In this document: one piece after another, positions 9,601 to 19,144 of the stretch
How the letters are laid out: each line of letters starts with the position of its first letter
Position numbering within the stretch: the stretch's first letter is position 1
Origin: a virus
Direction: 5' to 3' (one strand)
Virus record (IMG/VR): IMGVR_UViG_3300049571_000380
Location: 96,001 to 160,000 of that record
Length of the DNA: 64,000 nt
Position numbers and translations under genes: made by a program
Notes under the pieces: generated by a model
Told to the model about the DNA's origin: nothing
Seen by the model: the letters and a program-made list of their open reading frames with translations, nothing else
The model's database searches: none

Positions 9601-10227
9601 TCAGTCCTCCAGGCGCTCGACGCCAGAGGCCACCCGTACGGCCCTGGAATGGGTCAGCAGGAAGTCGTGGACCTCCTTGTCCCAGCGGGCGTCGTAGAGG
9701 GCGTGGTGTGCCCTCTCGGCGTACTTCTCGGGCAGCCGCAGGCCGTTGGGGAGGTGGTCGTCCTGGACGCCCGCCAGCATTTCCAGGGAGGCCAGGTCGA
9801 GGAACGGGTGCTTCGGCACCGAGGGCGGCATCACGCCGAACCAGTCGTTGTCGAAGAGGTTGTGGATCCGCTGCATGTCCTGGGTGCAGTGATCCGCGAC
9901 GAAGCCGATCCGGTACTTGTACTTCTGCTTGTCGGTGAGGCCGTCGAAGTAGGAGCCGACCGCCGACTGGATGGCCGTGTAGGGCACCACGTACGGGCTG
10001 CTGCGGTCGAGCGAGCCGTCGGCCCGCAGCGGCAGCTTGGACCAGATGTGGTCGCGCCGGAACGGGTCGGAGCAGAAGTCCTCGCGGTCCGCGTCGGCGT
10101 TTACCAGGTACAGCCAGTCGTGGTCGGCCTGGAGGGCGGTGGAGACGAGTCCGCCGGGCGTGTGGTTGTCGGGGGTGAACTCGGAGTCGCCATAGACGAA
10201 CTCGAAGCCGGGATAGGTGGCCTTCAT
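9601..10227 (-). CDS. DEDD 3'-5' exoribonuclease (Rv2179c/RNase AS-like)
   Basis: YGDSEF, YLVNAD, HHALYDARW motifs; start moved to MKATYP. Confidence 0.7.
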   Translation of the reverse strand: MKATYPGFEFVYGDSEFTPDNHTPGGLVSTALQADHDWLYLVNADADREDFCSDPFRRDHIWSKLPLRADGSLDRSSPYVVPYTAIQSAVGSYFDGLTDKQKYKYRIGFVADHCTQDMQRIHNLFDNDWFGVMPPSVPKHPFLDLASLEMLAGVQDDHLPNGLRLPEKYAERAHHALYDARWDKEVHDFLLTHSRAVRVASGVERLED

Positions 10228-10241
10228 CTTCTCGCTTTCCG

Positions 10242-10523
10242 CTATCGGTTGATCTTGCCGCCGCAGAACATGCAGCTCGGGTCGGTGTTGTCGATCGTGA
10301 TCTCGAAGACGCAGCGCTCGATCGGGGACTCCGGGCAGATGTGGTGGGAGTCCAGGAGGGTCGCTTCGGGACATCCGAGAAGGACTGCCAGCTCGTCGAG
10401 GAAGTCGCGTTCGATCTGGCCGCGCTGCCGGGAGAGAGCGAAGATCTGCTCGTTGATCCGGCCGATCTCCGCTCTCTTGCCCAGCAGTGACACCAGGGAC
10501 TTGCCTTGCCACTCGGATCTCAC
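10242..10523 (-). CDS. Small hypothetical protein with a Cys/His zinc-finger-like tail
   Basis: HICPESP...C...CMFCG; overlaps the upstream stop by 4 nt (GTGA coupling). Confidence 0.5.
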   Translation of the reverse strand: MRSEWQGKSLVSLLGKRAEIGRINEQIFALSRQRGQIERDFLDELAVLLGCPEATLLDSHHICPESPIERCVFEITIDNTDPSCMFCGGKINR

Positions 10524-10888
10524 GTGGCGCTCGGGTCCTGCACGTAGGAACGGGCCGCCGCGAGGACGTCCCTGCCGTATCCCAGGCCGATTTCCGTGGT
10601 GGGGCACCCGTCCGGGTAGTCGCCCCCGTCGTGGTTCTCCAGGTGCGGGTTCATGCCGATCATCCACGCGCGGGCGATGTCGACCCCCTCCGCCTTGCGC
10701 AGGATCTGGAACACCTCATACCCGGTGCGCAGCTTGGCCTCGTCCTCGACGTTCGGGGGCGCAACCAGCCAGCGCTTCAGCGGCGCCGCACCCGGCATGC
10801 CGCACATCTCACCGAGCAGGGACGGCCCCAGCCAGTCGGTCAGGGACCGGATCACCTCGTGGATCTCCGGGACATTCTCCTGCGTCAT
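10520..10888 (-). CDS. HTH protein with an Xre/MbcA/ParS (DUF2384)-like C-terminus
   Basis: ARAWMIGMNPHL motif; start moved to MTQENV. Confidence 0.5.
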   Translation of the reverse strand: MTQENVPEIHEVIRSLTDWLGPSLLGEMCGMPGAAPLKRWLVAPPNVEDEAKLRTGYEVFQILRKAEGVDIARAWMIGMNPHLENHDGGDYPDGCPTTEIGLGYGRDVLAAARSYVQDPSAT

Positions 10889-11108
10889 CTCTCTCCTCAT
10901 GGAACGACGTTCTGCTGGTTCTCCTCCAGCCAGGCCGCCATGACGGCGGCCCGACGGTGCGCCCGGCTGGGCTTCGGGCTCACCCAGGGCATCCCGGGCC
11001 GGTTGCGCCCGGGACAGTGCACGGTCTGGTCGCCGCGCCGGTAGGCGTGGCCGACGTGGTTGAACGGCTGCCACAGGTGACAGGCGATGCGCGGTGTCGG
11101 CTGGCCCA

Positions 11109-11528
11109 TCACTCCTCCTCGTCGCGCTCGACGACGATGTGCCGCCGGATGGTGCCGGTAGTGCGCACCATCGTGTGGTTGTCGCTGACGACCTTCCAGC
11201 CGAAGCTCACGCCCTGGCCGTGGCTCTTGCCGAGGCATGAGCAGGTGCACTCCCGGCTCCGGGCGTTCCGGCACCGGGTGTCGCACCGCTCGGTCTGGCG
11301 GAAGTCCATGTAGACGTCGACCTTGCCGTACCGCTGGGCGAGCGCCTGGACGAGCGGACCGAAGTGATCGCGTGCGATCTCCCAGCGCTTCGTCTCGCCG
11401 TTCCAGTCAGGCCGGATCCGGCTGCCGAGCACGCTCTTGAACCAGGCCCGGTTCGTCTTGGCGAAGGGCATCTTGATGACCAGGCGCCCCTCGACGGGAC
11501 GCCACAGGGCCGGGGTTTCGTGCTTCAC
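11109..11528 (-). CDS. Hypothetical protein with a C-terminal Cys cluster
   Basis: CDTRCRNARSRECTCSCLGKSHG; coupled ORFs. Confidence 0.5.
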   Translation of the reverse strand: MKHETPALWRPVEGRLVIKMPFAKTNRAWFKSVLGSRIRPDWNGETKRWEIARDHFGPLVQALAQRYGKVDVYMDFRQTERCDTRCRNARSRECTCSCLGKSHGQGVSFGWKVVSDNHTMVRTTGTIRRHIVVERDEEE

Positions 11529-12067
11529 GAGTTCCACCCTTCGGCCAGCACCACGTAGGCGCCGGGGATCGGCTCGCCGAGCGTGCCGCGCTTCTTGCTG
11601 GAGAGGTGCACGGCCCGCGCATTCCAGTCGCACCGGTAGGCCCGTTGGAGACCGTCGCTGCCAGCTTCCTGGGCCACCCGCCGGGCGAACGCCTCGCCCC
11701 GCAGAACCGACCGGTGCCGCTTCTTGTCGCACGGGCAGTACGTGGGACGGGTGAAGTGGGACCCCTTGTCGAGCCCCATCTCGCCCTCGGCAAGGAAGCC
11801 GAGGAATGCCGCCTCGTCGCACTCGATCCACTCGGTGATCCCCCGAGGAAGCGCGTACCTCTTCAGCTCCAGCCGCCCGTCGTCCGTGAAACGGGCGGTG
11901 ACCAGAGACTCGTCCATCCCGAAGGGGTTCCGGTGCCGCCCGTGGGCGAACTCCTGGAAGGTCTTCTTCAGGTAGCCGGTCTCGACGTTCCAGCCGAACT
12001 GGCGGAATCCTTCGAGGGACTCCGCCAGTTCGGCCTTCAGCCAGTCGCGGTCACTTCCCGAGGGCAT
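11525..12067 (-). CDS. Hypothetical protein
   Basis: 180-aa ORF, translationally coupled to neighbours; CPCDK...AYRCDW...HLSS. Confidence 0.55.
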   Translation of the reverse strand: MPSGSDRDWLKAELAESLEGFRQFGWNVETGYLKKTFQEFAHGRHRNPFGMDESLVTARFTDDGRLELKRYALPRGITEWIECDEAAFLGFLAEGEMGLDKGSHFTRPTYCPCDKKRHRSVLRGEAFARRVAQEAGSDGLQRAYRCDWNARAVHLSSKKRGTLGEPIPGAYVVLAEGWNS

Positions 12068-13565
12068 GGCCGCCGACCGGCGCCGGGTAGTTGTCGATCC
12101 ACTTCAGGCCGCCACGGTCCAGGTGCTCCTGGGCCCGGGTGACCGCCACGTAGTGGATCATGGCCTCGTGCCGGTCGATGACCCCCGGCTCCATCTCCTG
12201 CGTGAGCGGGTTCTCGAACGGCTCCGGCTCGAAGAAGTCGTCGCCGATCTGGACCCTCTTCCACTCCAGACCCTTGATCGAGTGGCACGTGGTGACCGCG
12301 ACGTCGTGCGGCTCGTTGTACCGGGCCATGCGGTTGCACGCGGCGATCAGGTCGCTGATGCCGTACACGTTGATCAGCTTCACGATCGCCTTGAGGTGGC
12401 CGCCGCCGGGCTCCTTGGTGTACTCAACCAGCTCGGCCCAGTTGTCGAAGGCGCTCAGCTCCAGGCTCCGCGCCTTCTTGCCCGCCATCAGGTCGCGAGC
12501 CGCGTAGGCGATGTCCAGGATCTGCTTGGTGCCCTTGACCATGGCGACCCGCTTGCCCGCCTTCAGGTAGCTGATCGCGTAGGTCATGGCGCCCGCGTTG
12601 GTCCGGGTGAGGACGACGTTCGGGTCCTCCATGTCGTCCTCGGTCACCAGGTCGGAGATCGAGGAGAGGCCCTTGATCGTGACACCGGTCTCGGTGTGGG
12701 GCAGGTGCTTCATCGCCTCCTCGGCGACACCGTCACCGAAGCGGAAGGACTGCGTGAGGTACAGGCGCGGGGCGTCGTACTTCATGATCTGGTCGGAGGC
12801 GCCACGCCAGGCGTACAGGGACTGCGCCGGGTCGCCGATGAGGATGCCCTGGGCGTGCTTCTGGTTCGCCAGGAACTTCATCGTGGCGTCGTTGCTGTCC
12901 TGCGCCTCGTCGATGAGGACGATGCCGTAGCCGTAGTCCTTGCCGCTCTCGGCGACCAGCTTGAAGGCGTGGTTCATCGTGAAGCGGAGCTGCGAGTTCG
13001 GCATGATCGACTGCTTCCACAGGGCCCACGCGAGCCTTGCAATGAAGGAGCGGGCCGCCGCCATGGCCGCCTCGCCGGGACCGGCGATCGGAATGTACAC
13101 GTCCTTCTCGGTGATCTGGACGTGGTCCGAGTTGCAGAACCGCTCGATCGTGTCGGAGGCGAGCCGGGCCTGGGTGAACCCGTCGAGGACCAGCTTGTCG
13201 CCGAAGTCCTTCGGGGTCAGGTCCAGCTTCTTGGCGACCTCCTTGGCGGGAACCGCCGGGGCGTCGATCGCCATGCGGTCCTTGTGCGTGTTGGCGTACG
13301 CGCGCCAGGCGAGCTGGCTGGTGGTCCGGACGTCGAACCAGGTGACGCCCGCCCGCTTGAACTTCGCCTCCGCTTCCTTCCGCGCCTGCGTGTTGTAGAC
13401 CAAGTAGAGGCCCTTGAGGCCCTGGTTGACCAGCGTGGACCGCATCGCCACCGCGATGCCGAGCGCCGTGGCGCTCTTGCCCGAACCGGCCGGGGCCACG
13501 AGGGAGAAGTTCTCACCCTTCAGGGCGAGGTCGATCGCGGCCTGCTGTTCGTCCGTGAACTTCAC
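12051..13565 (-). CDS. UvrD/Rep-like SF1 helicase
   Basis: APAGSGKS Walker A, IDEAQD Walker B, GDPAQSLYAWRGA, LTQSFRFG, TCHSIKGLEW, YVAVTRA. Confidence 0.92.
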   Translation of the reverse strand: MKFTDEQQAAIDLALKGENFSLVAPAGSGKSATALGIAVAMRSTLVNQGLKGLYLVYNTQARKEAEAKFKRAGVTWFDVRTTSQLAWRAYANTHKDRMAIDAPAVPAKEVAKKLDLTPKDFGDKLVLDGFTQARLASDTIERFCNSDHVQITEKDVYIPIAGPGEAAMAAARSFIARLAWALWKQSIMPNSQLRFTMNHAFKLVAESGKDYGYGIVLIDEAQDSNDATMKFLANQKHAQGILIGDPAQSLYAWRGASDQIMKYDAPRLYLTQSFRFGDGVAEEAMKHLPHTETGVTIKGLSSISDLVTEDDMEDPNVVLTRTNAGAMTYAISYLKAGKRVAMVKGTKQILDIAYAARDLMAGKKARSLELSAFDNWAELVEYTKEPGGGHLKAIVKLINVYGISDLIAACNRMARYNEPHDVAVTTCHSIKGLEWKRVQIGDDFFEPEPFENPLTQEMEPGVIDRHEAMIHYVAVTRAQEHLDRGGLKWIDNYPAPVGGHALGK

Positions 13566-13852
13566 GCCTTCTCCGTTTCCGTTTCTGCATCTCCTGGGCC
13601 CGGAACGAAATCGCCGGGCCACATCTCGAAGAACTCGGCGAGTTGATCGAGTTCCTTCGCATCCCACGTACCCGCCTGGATCTTCCTCGGCAGGTACGCT
13701 TCAGAGACTCCGAGGTGCGTTGCCAGCGCCTTCAGTTTCTCCGAGTACACCCTGCGGACCGTGCTGCCAGCCAGTCGATCTCGGTCCTCGCTGACCATAA
13801 TGGCCAGCAGATTCTCGACGGTCCGGCTGATGGTCGCGCCTGTGCTGAGCAT
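13562..13852 (-). CDS. Xre-family HTH regulator
   Basis: LATHLGVSEAYLPRKIQAGTW helix-turn-helix; GAGGAGG RBS before MLSTG. Confidence 0.6.
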   Translation of the reverse strand: MLSTGATISRTVENLLAIMVSEDRDRLAGSTVRRVYSEKLKALATHLGVSEAYLPRKIQAGTWDAKELDQLAEFFEMWPGDFVPGPGDAETETEKA

Positions 13853-13929
13853 TCGGTACCTCCTCGTGAACTGGTCACTCAAAGATACCGGCGTTTTCCC
13901 TACTTCTGCGATTCTATCACCAGAAGGGG

Positions 13930-14472
13930 TCAACTTCCAAGCAGGGAACCGAGATACGACCCCAGAGTCATCGCCGAACCGTTGATCACCACGGGGTAGT
14001 TCGAGAGACCGGCGTCCTCGGCTTCATTCAGGAGCCGTTCCTTGTGCGCCTTGACCTTGGCGACGGACGCCTCGGCCACGATCGCGTCGACCCGGTCCTT
14101 CTTCTTGCGCTCGATGAGCTGCCGGGCTTCCTGCTGCTTCGGCGAGGCGGGACGGCCGACCATCTGGAGGACGCGACCCTCCGGCTCCGGTTCGGCGACC
14201 GGTCCCTCCGGGGGCGGCGCGTCCTGCACCGGCCGGATGTCCTCGACGACGACTTGCCGGACCGGCTCGGGATCAGGAACCGGCTCGGGCATGGGGGGCG
14301 GTGCGTCTTCGGCGACGGGCACCGTGAGGGCGAAGGCCGCCTCCTTGCCGTTGCGGATGAACGCCTCGACGACCTCGGCCACGGCGACGTAATCGGCCGG
14401 GCTCGGCTGCATCGGAGCCATGAGCGTGGCCGCAGCCTGAGCGGCGGCAGCACGGATTTCCTGGTCGTTCAC
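13930..14472 (-). CDS. Hypothetical Pro/Glu-rich protein
   Basis: ORF from GTG (VNDQEI) with RBS. Confidence 0.5.
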   Translation of the reverse strand: MNDQEIRAAAAQAAATLMAPMQPSPADYVAVAEVVEAFIRNGKEAAFALTVPVAEDAPPPMPEPVPDPEPVRQVVVEDIRPVQDAPPPEGPVAEPEPEGRVLQMVGRPASPKQQEARQLIERKKKDRVDAIVAEASVAKVKAHKERLLNEAEDAGLSNYPVVINGSAMTLGSYLGSLLGS

Positions 14473-14616
14473 TTCTTCTCCCTTCCAGGCCCCGCTACTT
14501 CCAGCGGGGCCACTCCTGGTAGATCGCGAGATGGCCCAGGGTGAACAGGACCGAGAAGATGGCTGCCGCCACAACGGCGAACGTCAGCTCCTTCACGGCC
14601 TGCCTGAGAAATGCCT

Positions 14617-14802
14617 TCACTGCTGGTACATCCGCTTCACGTCGCGGATGTCATCCAACCGGTAGCGGATTCCCTGGGCGGTCCGGACCGGCTGAATCAG
14701 GTTCTGGGCCAGGATCCGCCGGGCTCGGCGCTCCTTCACGCCCATGCGCGCGGCGGCCTCGGTGATGTCGACCAGGGGATCCGAGGAGATGCTGTTCGTC
14801 AT
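14617..14802 (-). CDS. Small MerR/excisionase-like HTH protein
   Basis: LVDITEAAARMGVKERRARR...GIRYRLDDI. Confidence 0.6.
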   Translation of the reverse strand: MTNSISSDPLVDITEAAARMGVKERRARRILAQNLIQPVRTAQGIRYRLDDIRDVKRMYQQ

Positions 14803-14807
14803 GGCGA

Positions 14808-15011
14808 TCACTCTGCCACGTTTTCCGACTCCGCGCCCAGGAGGGAATCGAGTCCCTTCAGGGTCAGAATCCTCACCACATCGACGTCGTACGGAACGCC
14901 CATGGCCTGCTTGGCCTTGGCGAGTCGCTTCTTCTCGCTCTCCGTCCACCGTACGACGGTGCGCTGTTCGCGCTTTTCCGGCCCCTGCTCGGACTTCTTC
15001 CGCCCGGCCAT
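14808..15011 (-). CDS. Small ribbon-helix-helix-like DNA-binding protein
   Basis: RTVVRWTESEKKRLAKAK pattern. Confidence 0.45.
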   Translation of the reverse strand: MAGRKKSEQGPEKREQRTVVRWTESEKKRLAKAKQAMGVPYDVDVVRILTLKGLDSLLGAESENVAE

Positions 15012-15247
15012 CAGGTGTAGTCGATTCCGGAGACGGCCCGGCTGCCGGGACCGGAGGCCGTGGCGTCACCGGTGTTCTTCACGGTGATCTTCTGGCCACG
15101 GCGCGACGGCGGCCCGGAGTATCCGGTGACCGCCGTACCGCCGTCGACCTCGGTGGCGCTGCCGGTGTTCTCGACCGTCAGGACCCCTCGGTCGCCGAAG
15201 CGCCCGACATGCCGCATGACGCTCCAGAGTCCGTCTATGACTCCCAT
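15011..15247 (-). CDS. Small protein with two V(E/K)NTGxAT repeats
   Basis: TVENTGSAT...AVTG and TVKNTGDAT...AVSG. Confidence 0.5.
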   Translation of the reverse strand: MGVIDGLWSVMRHVGRFGDRGVLTVENTGSATEVDGGTAVTGYSGPPSRRGQKITVKNTGDATASGPGSRAVSGIDYT

Positions 15248-15300
15248 GAACTTCCCTTCCGTTCGGGTGAGTTCAGTCTATGGCAGCCATGCCGGGTGCG

Positions 15301-15786
15301 TCAATCCGCGTCGCGGTACTGCTGGCCGGGAGAGGACATGAGGGCGAAGACGACGGCCACCCCGGCTATCGCCAGATGCACCAGGTCGAACGTCAGGAAG
15401 GCGGTGACGGCGCTCAGCCCCGCCACGATCCACATGCCGATGTACAGGCGGTAGTCGTGGATCTTGTGCTCGACCACCTCCTGCGCCACGTACGGCGACT
15501 CCTGCTGGATGCGGGTCGTCAGCTCGTAGTCCATCTCCCGGGCGCGGACGATCGCCTCCGGGCCGTACGGAGCGGTCTCCTCGGGCGGCATCGGCGCCAT
15601 GCGCTCCTGCTGGCCGGGCACCACGCGGGGCCGGAAGTCCGCCGTGGGCAGCTCATCCTGGGCGCGCGTGTACGCCAGAGTCCGGCGCGTTGTCGTGCCG
15701 TAGACCTCGTCCTTCTCGTACGTCACCGGAATCGCATCACCTTTCCCTCCACTTCCGTCTTCAATTGTGCGACAGATACGGGCCAT
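15301..15786 (-). CDS. Hypothetical membrane protein (2 C-terminal TM segments)
   Basis: Hydrophobic segments LYIGMWIVAGLSAVTAF and LAIAGVAVVFALM. Confidence 0.55.
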   Translation of the reverse strand: MARICRTIEDGSGGKGDAIPVTYEKDEVYGTTTRRTLAYTRAQDELPTADFRPRVVPGQQERMAPMPPEETAPYGPEAIVRAREMDYELTTRIQQESPYVAQEVVEHKIHDYRLYIGMWIVAGLSAVTAFLTFDLVHLAIAGVAVVFALMSSPGQQYRDAD

Positions 15787-15826
15787 TCGCCAAGAGCAGA
15801 AAAGCCCGGCCAGAGGCCGGGCTTCC

Positions 15827-16540
15827 CTACATGCTGAGCAGAACCAGCAGAGCGTTCGAGGCCATCGCCACCCCGATCGCGGGTCCCTTCTCTGCGGCCG
15901 ATCCGGAGGAGACGGTGCCGCCCAGGAGTCGGATGTTCCACCAGCGCTTGCCCTGGATGGTCAGCGGCCAGAAGGCCGGGACCCCGGCCGTCGTGCATCC
16001 GTCGGCCACCACGTGACTCGCGTATCCGCCGGTCACGGCCAGGGCCATCAGCCAGGGATCCAGGTAGATCACCGATCCGACGGCCGCGACGGCGGCGGCC
16101 AGGACGACCAGGCCGATCGTCTTCCGGTACAGCGGCCAGAGCATGAACACCCCGAGCGCCGCCACGGCCCCGCAGGCGATGGGCGAGACCATCGTCAGGA
16201 TGTAAGCCAGGGCTCCCACGGCCACCGAGACGAGCAGAGTATGCGTCAGGGTCCGGTGGTAGGGGTCCTGGCCGCGAGCCTTCCGGAAGGTCAGGTAGCT
16301 CCTGTCGCGGCCGAGCGCCGTGTTCTTCACGACCGCTTTGCACAGGCTGTGGACAGCCTTGTGGACAGGCTTGCCGAGGGCCTTCGTGGCGCAGGCGTTG
16401 GGGTGGTCAAGGTCCGGCATCAGGGCGAAGCCAGCCGAGACCGCCGCCATGACCGCGCCCTGGATGATGCTGGCGTGCTGGGTGAGCACGAGGCCGACCG
16501 GCGCCGAGGCGCCGATCGCCGCGTGCACGGTCCCCCTCAC
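15827..16540 (-). CDS. YdjM-like membrane-bound metal-dependent hydrolase
   Basis: GTVHA, LMPDLDHP, HRTLTHT, GYASHVVADGCT motifs and several TM segments. Confidence 0.8.
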   Translation of the reverse strand: MRGTVHAAIGASAPVGLVLTQHASIIQGAVMAAVSAGFALMPDLDHPNACATKALGKPVHKAVHSLCKAVVKNTALGRDRSYLTFRKARGQDPYHRTLTHTLLVSVAVGALAYILTMVSPIACGAVAALGVFMLWPLYRKTIGLVVLAAAVAAVGSVIYLDPWLMALAVTGGYASHVVADGCTTAGVPAFWPLTIQGKRWWNIRLLGGTVSSGSAAEKGPAIGVAMASNALLVLLSM

Positions 16541-16866
16541 TGGATGATCCGGGCACTGATGACGTTCGGGCTCTTGGTGACCGTCGAGGCGAAGGTCTGC
16601 GCCGAGATCCACTCGTCACCGCCGTAGGACGCCTGCCAGGTGAAGTCACCCAGGGACTGCGGGCTGTCGAGGATCGTGTCGTCGTCGGCCGGGCCACGGC
16701 CCACATCGACCTTCACCCGGTCGAGCTGCATCGTGTCGCCCGGCAGCGGCAGGGACAGCATGTCGGGCCACGCGACCTCGACTGCGACCTTGCGCCTGCG
16801 GCTCGTCGCCTTCAGCAGTTCGACCTCCAGCAGGACGACGCCCGCCCTCTTGTTGCGGTTGCCCAT
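16537..16866 (-). CDS. Hypothetical protein
   Basis: 109-aa ORF coupled to neighbours, RBS present. Confidence 0.5.
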   Translation of the reverse strand: MGNRNKRAGVVLLEVELLKATSRRRKVAVEVAWPDMLSLPLPGDTMQLDRVKVDVGRGPADDDTILDSPQSLGDFTWQASYGGDEWISAQTFASTVTKSPNVISARIIQ

Positions 16867-16936
16867 CTCTCTTCTTCTCCTTTCCGTGCACGACCGGGGC
16901 GGCCGGTTCCTCCGGCCGCCCCGCTGCTTCCTGTGA

Positions 16937-17461
16937 TCAGCTCCCGAGGAAGGACTGCTTGGCCATCTGCTCGGGGTCGCCCTTGGCGATACCGTCGACC
17001 AGCGCCTCCTCGATCTTCTCGTCGCTCATGCCCTGCTCCTTCAGCTCGGCGCAGGCGACGAACGAGCGGGCCGCGTCCATCGGGATCTGGAGATCCACGG
17101 AGACGACGGTGGCTGCGTCCTGGCCCGCCCCCTTCGCCTTCTTCACGGCCTCGGTGACGATCGGCAGCAGCGACTTGGAGAACGACTTCACGCAGGCCAG
17201 GGCCCACGCCTTACGCTCCTTCAGGGCCTCCAGGGTGATCTTCAGGAACTCGACCTGGGCGCCCTTGTCGTCGCCCGCGTTGCGCAGCGTGCAGCCGACA
17301 TACGTGACGAGGAACTGGGTGGCCGCGTCGCGCTCGATCTTCAGGTCGGCCACGACCTCGTCGATCAGCTTGGGCGGGATGTCCTGCGACACCACGCTGT
17401 ACTCGTCCTCGACGCTGACCTTGATGACCGGCTTGCTCATGTCGACCTTGGTCTTCTTCAT
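16937..17461 (-). CDS. Hypothetical protein
   Basis: 174-aa ORF with strong codon bias. Confidence 0.55.
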   Translation of the reverse strand: MKKTKVDMSKPVIKVSVEDEYSVVSQDIPPKLIDEVVADLKIERDAATQFLVTYVGCTLRNAGDDKGAQVEFLKITLEALKERKAWALACVKSFSKSLLPIVTEAVKKAKGAGQDAATVVSVDLQIPMDAARSFVACAELKEQGMSDEKIEEALVDGIAKGDPEQMAKQSFLGS

Positions 17462-17477
17462 GCTCTTCTCCTGTTTC

Positions 17478-17786
17478 CTACTCGGACGGAGGGCCGTACT
17501 TGTCGGTCCACTCCGCGATCAGTTCCTCGTGCCGCTCTTCGTCCCGGAGCTTCATCAAGGCGTAGTCGCCGAAGCCCTTGCCGGTGCCGTTGTCCCTGCG
17601 GATTTCGACATAGACCCGCAGGCGCTTGTCCCCCTCCGCGTACTCCGCCTTGACGACCTTGTCCAGGGCGGAGTTTTCGTCGGGCGCTTCGACGGTGACC
17701 TCGTCGTGCTCCAGATCCTTGATCTTCATCTTGTTGCCCAGCAGGGGCATCCTTCGGCGCATCACGCGCACGGTGTATTTGGCCAT
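17478..17786 (-). CDS. Hypothetical protein
   Basis: 102-aa ORF, TGATG coupling. Confidence 0.5.
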   Translation of the reverse strand: MAKYTVRVMRRRMPLLGNKMKIKDLEHDEVTVEAPDENSALDKVVKAEYAEGDKRLRVYVEIRRDNGTGKGFGDYALMKLRDEERHEELIAEWTDKYGPPSE

Positions 17787-18385
17787 CAGGCAACCCTCGT
17801 AGCTCCGAAGTAATCAGACATGTAGTGCACGTCGTTGACGCGGATTTTCGTGCCGGTGCGCGGCGCGTGAAGCATCTTGCCATCGCCGATGTAGATGCCC
17901 ACATGGTGAATGGATCTCCAGTTCCCCTTCTGGCCGAAGAACACCAGATCGCCCGGCTTCAGTTCGCCCCAGGAGGGGTGGTTGTTCGTAGTCCTGTACT
18001 GGTCGTTGGCCACGCGAGGGATCTGGATGCCCGCCTTCGCGTATGCCGCCTGGGTGAGGCCGGAGCAGTCGAACCGCCCACCCTGCGCAGCCGTGCCTTC
18101 GCCGCCCCAGAGATAGGGGACTCCGATCTTCGTGCGGGCGTACGCGATGGCCGTGGCCGCCGCGTTGCCGGACCTGGAGCTGGACACCTTCGAGTCCTGC
18201 TCCTGTCGCTTCGCCTCCTTGGCCCGCTGCTCCGGCGAGTACCAGTTGATCTTCTCGATCTCGGGGTTGGGGTTCGCCGTGGCGTTCGAGATCGGGGCCG
18301 CGTTCAAGGCGGCGCAGGACGACGTGACGGGCACGAGCAGCGCCACGGAGGCGACCGCCAGGGCCGCTCGCTGGGTCCGGTTCAC
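17786..18385 (-). CDS. Secreted/lipoprotein NlpC/P60 peptidoglycan peptidase
   Basis: Signal/lipobox TSSC; IGVPYLWGG, FDCSGL, PGDLVFF, HHVGIY motifs. Confidence 0.9.
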   Translation of the reverse strand: MNRTQRAALAVASVALLVPVTSSCAALNAAPISNATANPNPEIEKINWYSPEQRAKEAKRQEQDSKVSSSRSGNAAATAIAYARTKIGVPYLWGGEGTAAQGGRFDCSGLTQAAYAKAGIQIPRVANDQYRTTNNHPSWGELKPGDLVFFGQKGNWRSIHHVGIYIGDGKMLHAPRTGTKIRVNDVHYMSDYFGATRVA

Positions 18386-19017
18386 TGCTCGTACTTCCTC
18401 GTCTTCTGCTCGATCATCTTCACGTAGGTGTAGGTCTCGCACTTGGCGAAGGAGCACGGCGGGACGCCGTTGTACTCCTTCACCCGGAAGCCGCCCGCGT
18501 TGTATCCGGCGAGCATGTTCTTCCAGGTGGGGCCGGGTATGTCCTTCAACCCTTTCGCCAGCTTGCAGTCCAGGGACGCGGCGGACGGAATGGCGTCATC
18601 GGGGTCGTACTTGTTCCGCTTGCCGTCACCGTCCGCATCGATTCCCTCAGTGGCCCACGTGCTGTCGATGAACTGGGCCATCCCCTTGGCCGAGGCCGGG
18701 GAGTCCTGGCGGCCGTCGATGACCTCGGGCTTGAACCCCATGCTTTCCTGGTCGAGCTGGGCCGCCAGGAGGGCCGGGGTGAGCGTCGGGCAGAGGTTGC
18801 CCCACTTGTTGATCAGGTCTTCCCAGCGCTTCTTCGGCACCGATCCGGGCTTGATCGGGGCAGAGGTGCCCGTGAACTTGTAGTCCGCGTCGGCCTTCTG
18901 CTTCGGGGGTGCCACGACGGACGAGGCAGACGGGACAGCCGGAATGAAACCGGTGACGGCCTGAACCGCACCCACCGCGAAAAAGATGCCGACGAATGCT
19001 CCGCCTGCTCTGCGCAT
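18382..19017 (-). CDS. Lytic transglycosylase (SLT)
   Basis: AQLDQESMGF, AKGMAQFIDSTW, LAGYNAG, ETYTYV motifs; N-terminal TM. Confidence 0.88.
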   Translation of the reverse strand: MRRAGGAFVGIFFAVGAVQAVTGFIPAVPSASSVVAPPKQKADADYKFTGTSAPIKPGSVPKKRWEDLINKWGNLCPTLTPALLAAQLDQESMGFKPEVIDGRQDSPASAKGMAQFIDSTWATEGIDADGDGKRNKYDPDDAIPSAASLDCKLAKGLKDIPGPTWKNMLAGYNAGGFRVKEYNGVPPCSFAKCETYTYVKMIEQKTRKYEQ

Positions 19018-19053
19018 CACGTTCCTCCCTTCTCCGGGCTCCACTCTAACATT

Positions 19054-19063
19054 GACCTAGGCC
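19054..19063. promoter_or_regulatory. GNCCTAGGCC operator in the promoter of the SLT-NlpC operon
   Basis: gacctaggcc flanked by TTGAC/GTCAA; minus-strand -10 TAGAGT nearby. Confidence 0.6.
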
Positions 19064-19144
19064 AGTCAACAAGCCAAACCTGTACTGGAGTTGAAACACA
19101 GAACGGCCGGACCCCGAAGAGTCCGGCCGTTCGAACCGCCCACC

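Noticed and set aside
8427-10888. Complete toxin-antitoxin systems (Phd-like and Xre/MbcA-like antitoxins)
   Set aside because: Only weak antitoxin-like motifs; no adjacent toxin recognised
14617-14802. Integration module (xis/int/att)
   Set aside because: An excisionase-like HTH alone; no integrase or att core visible in the window
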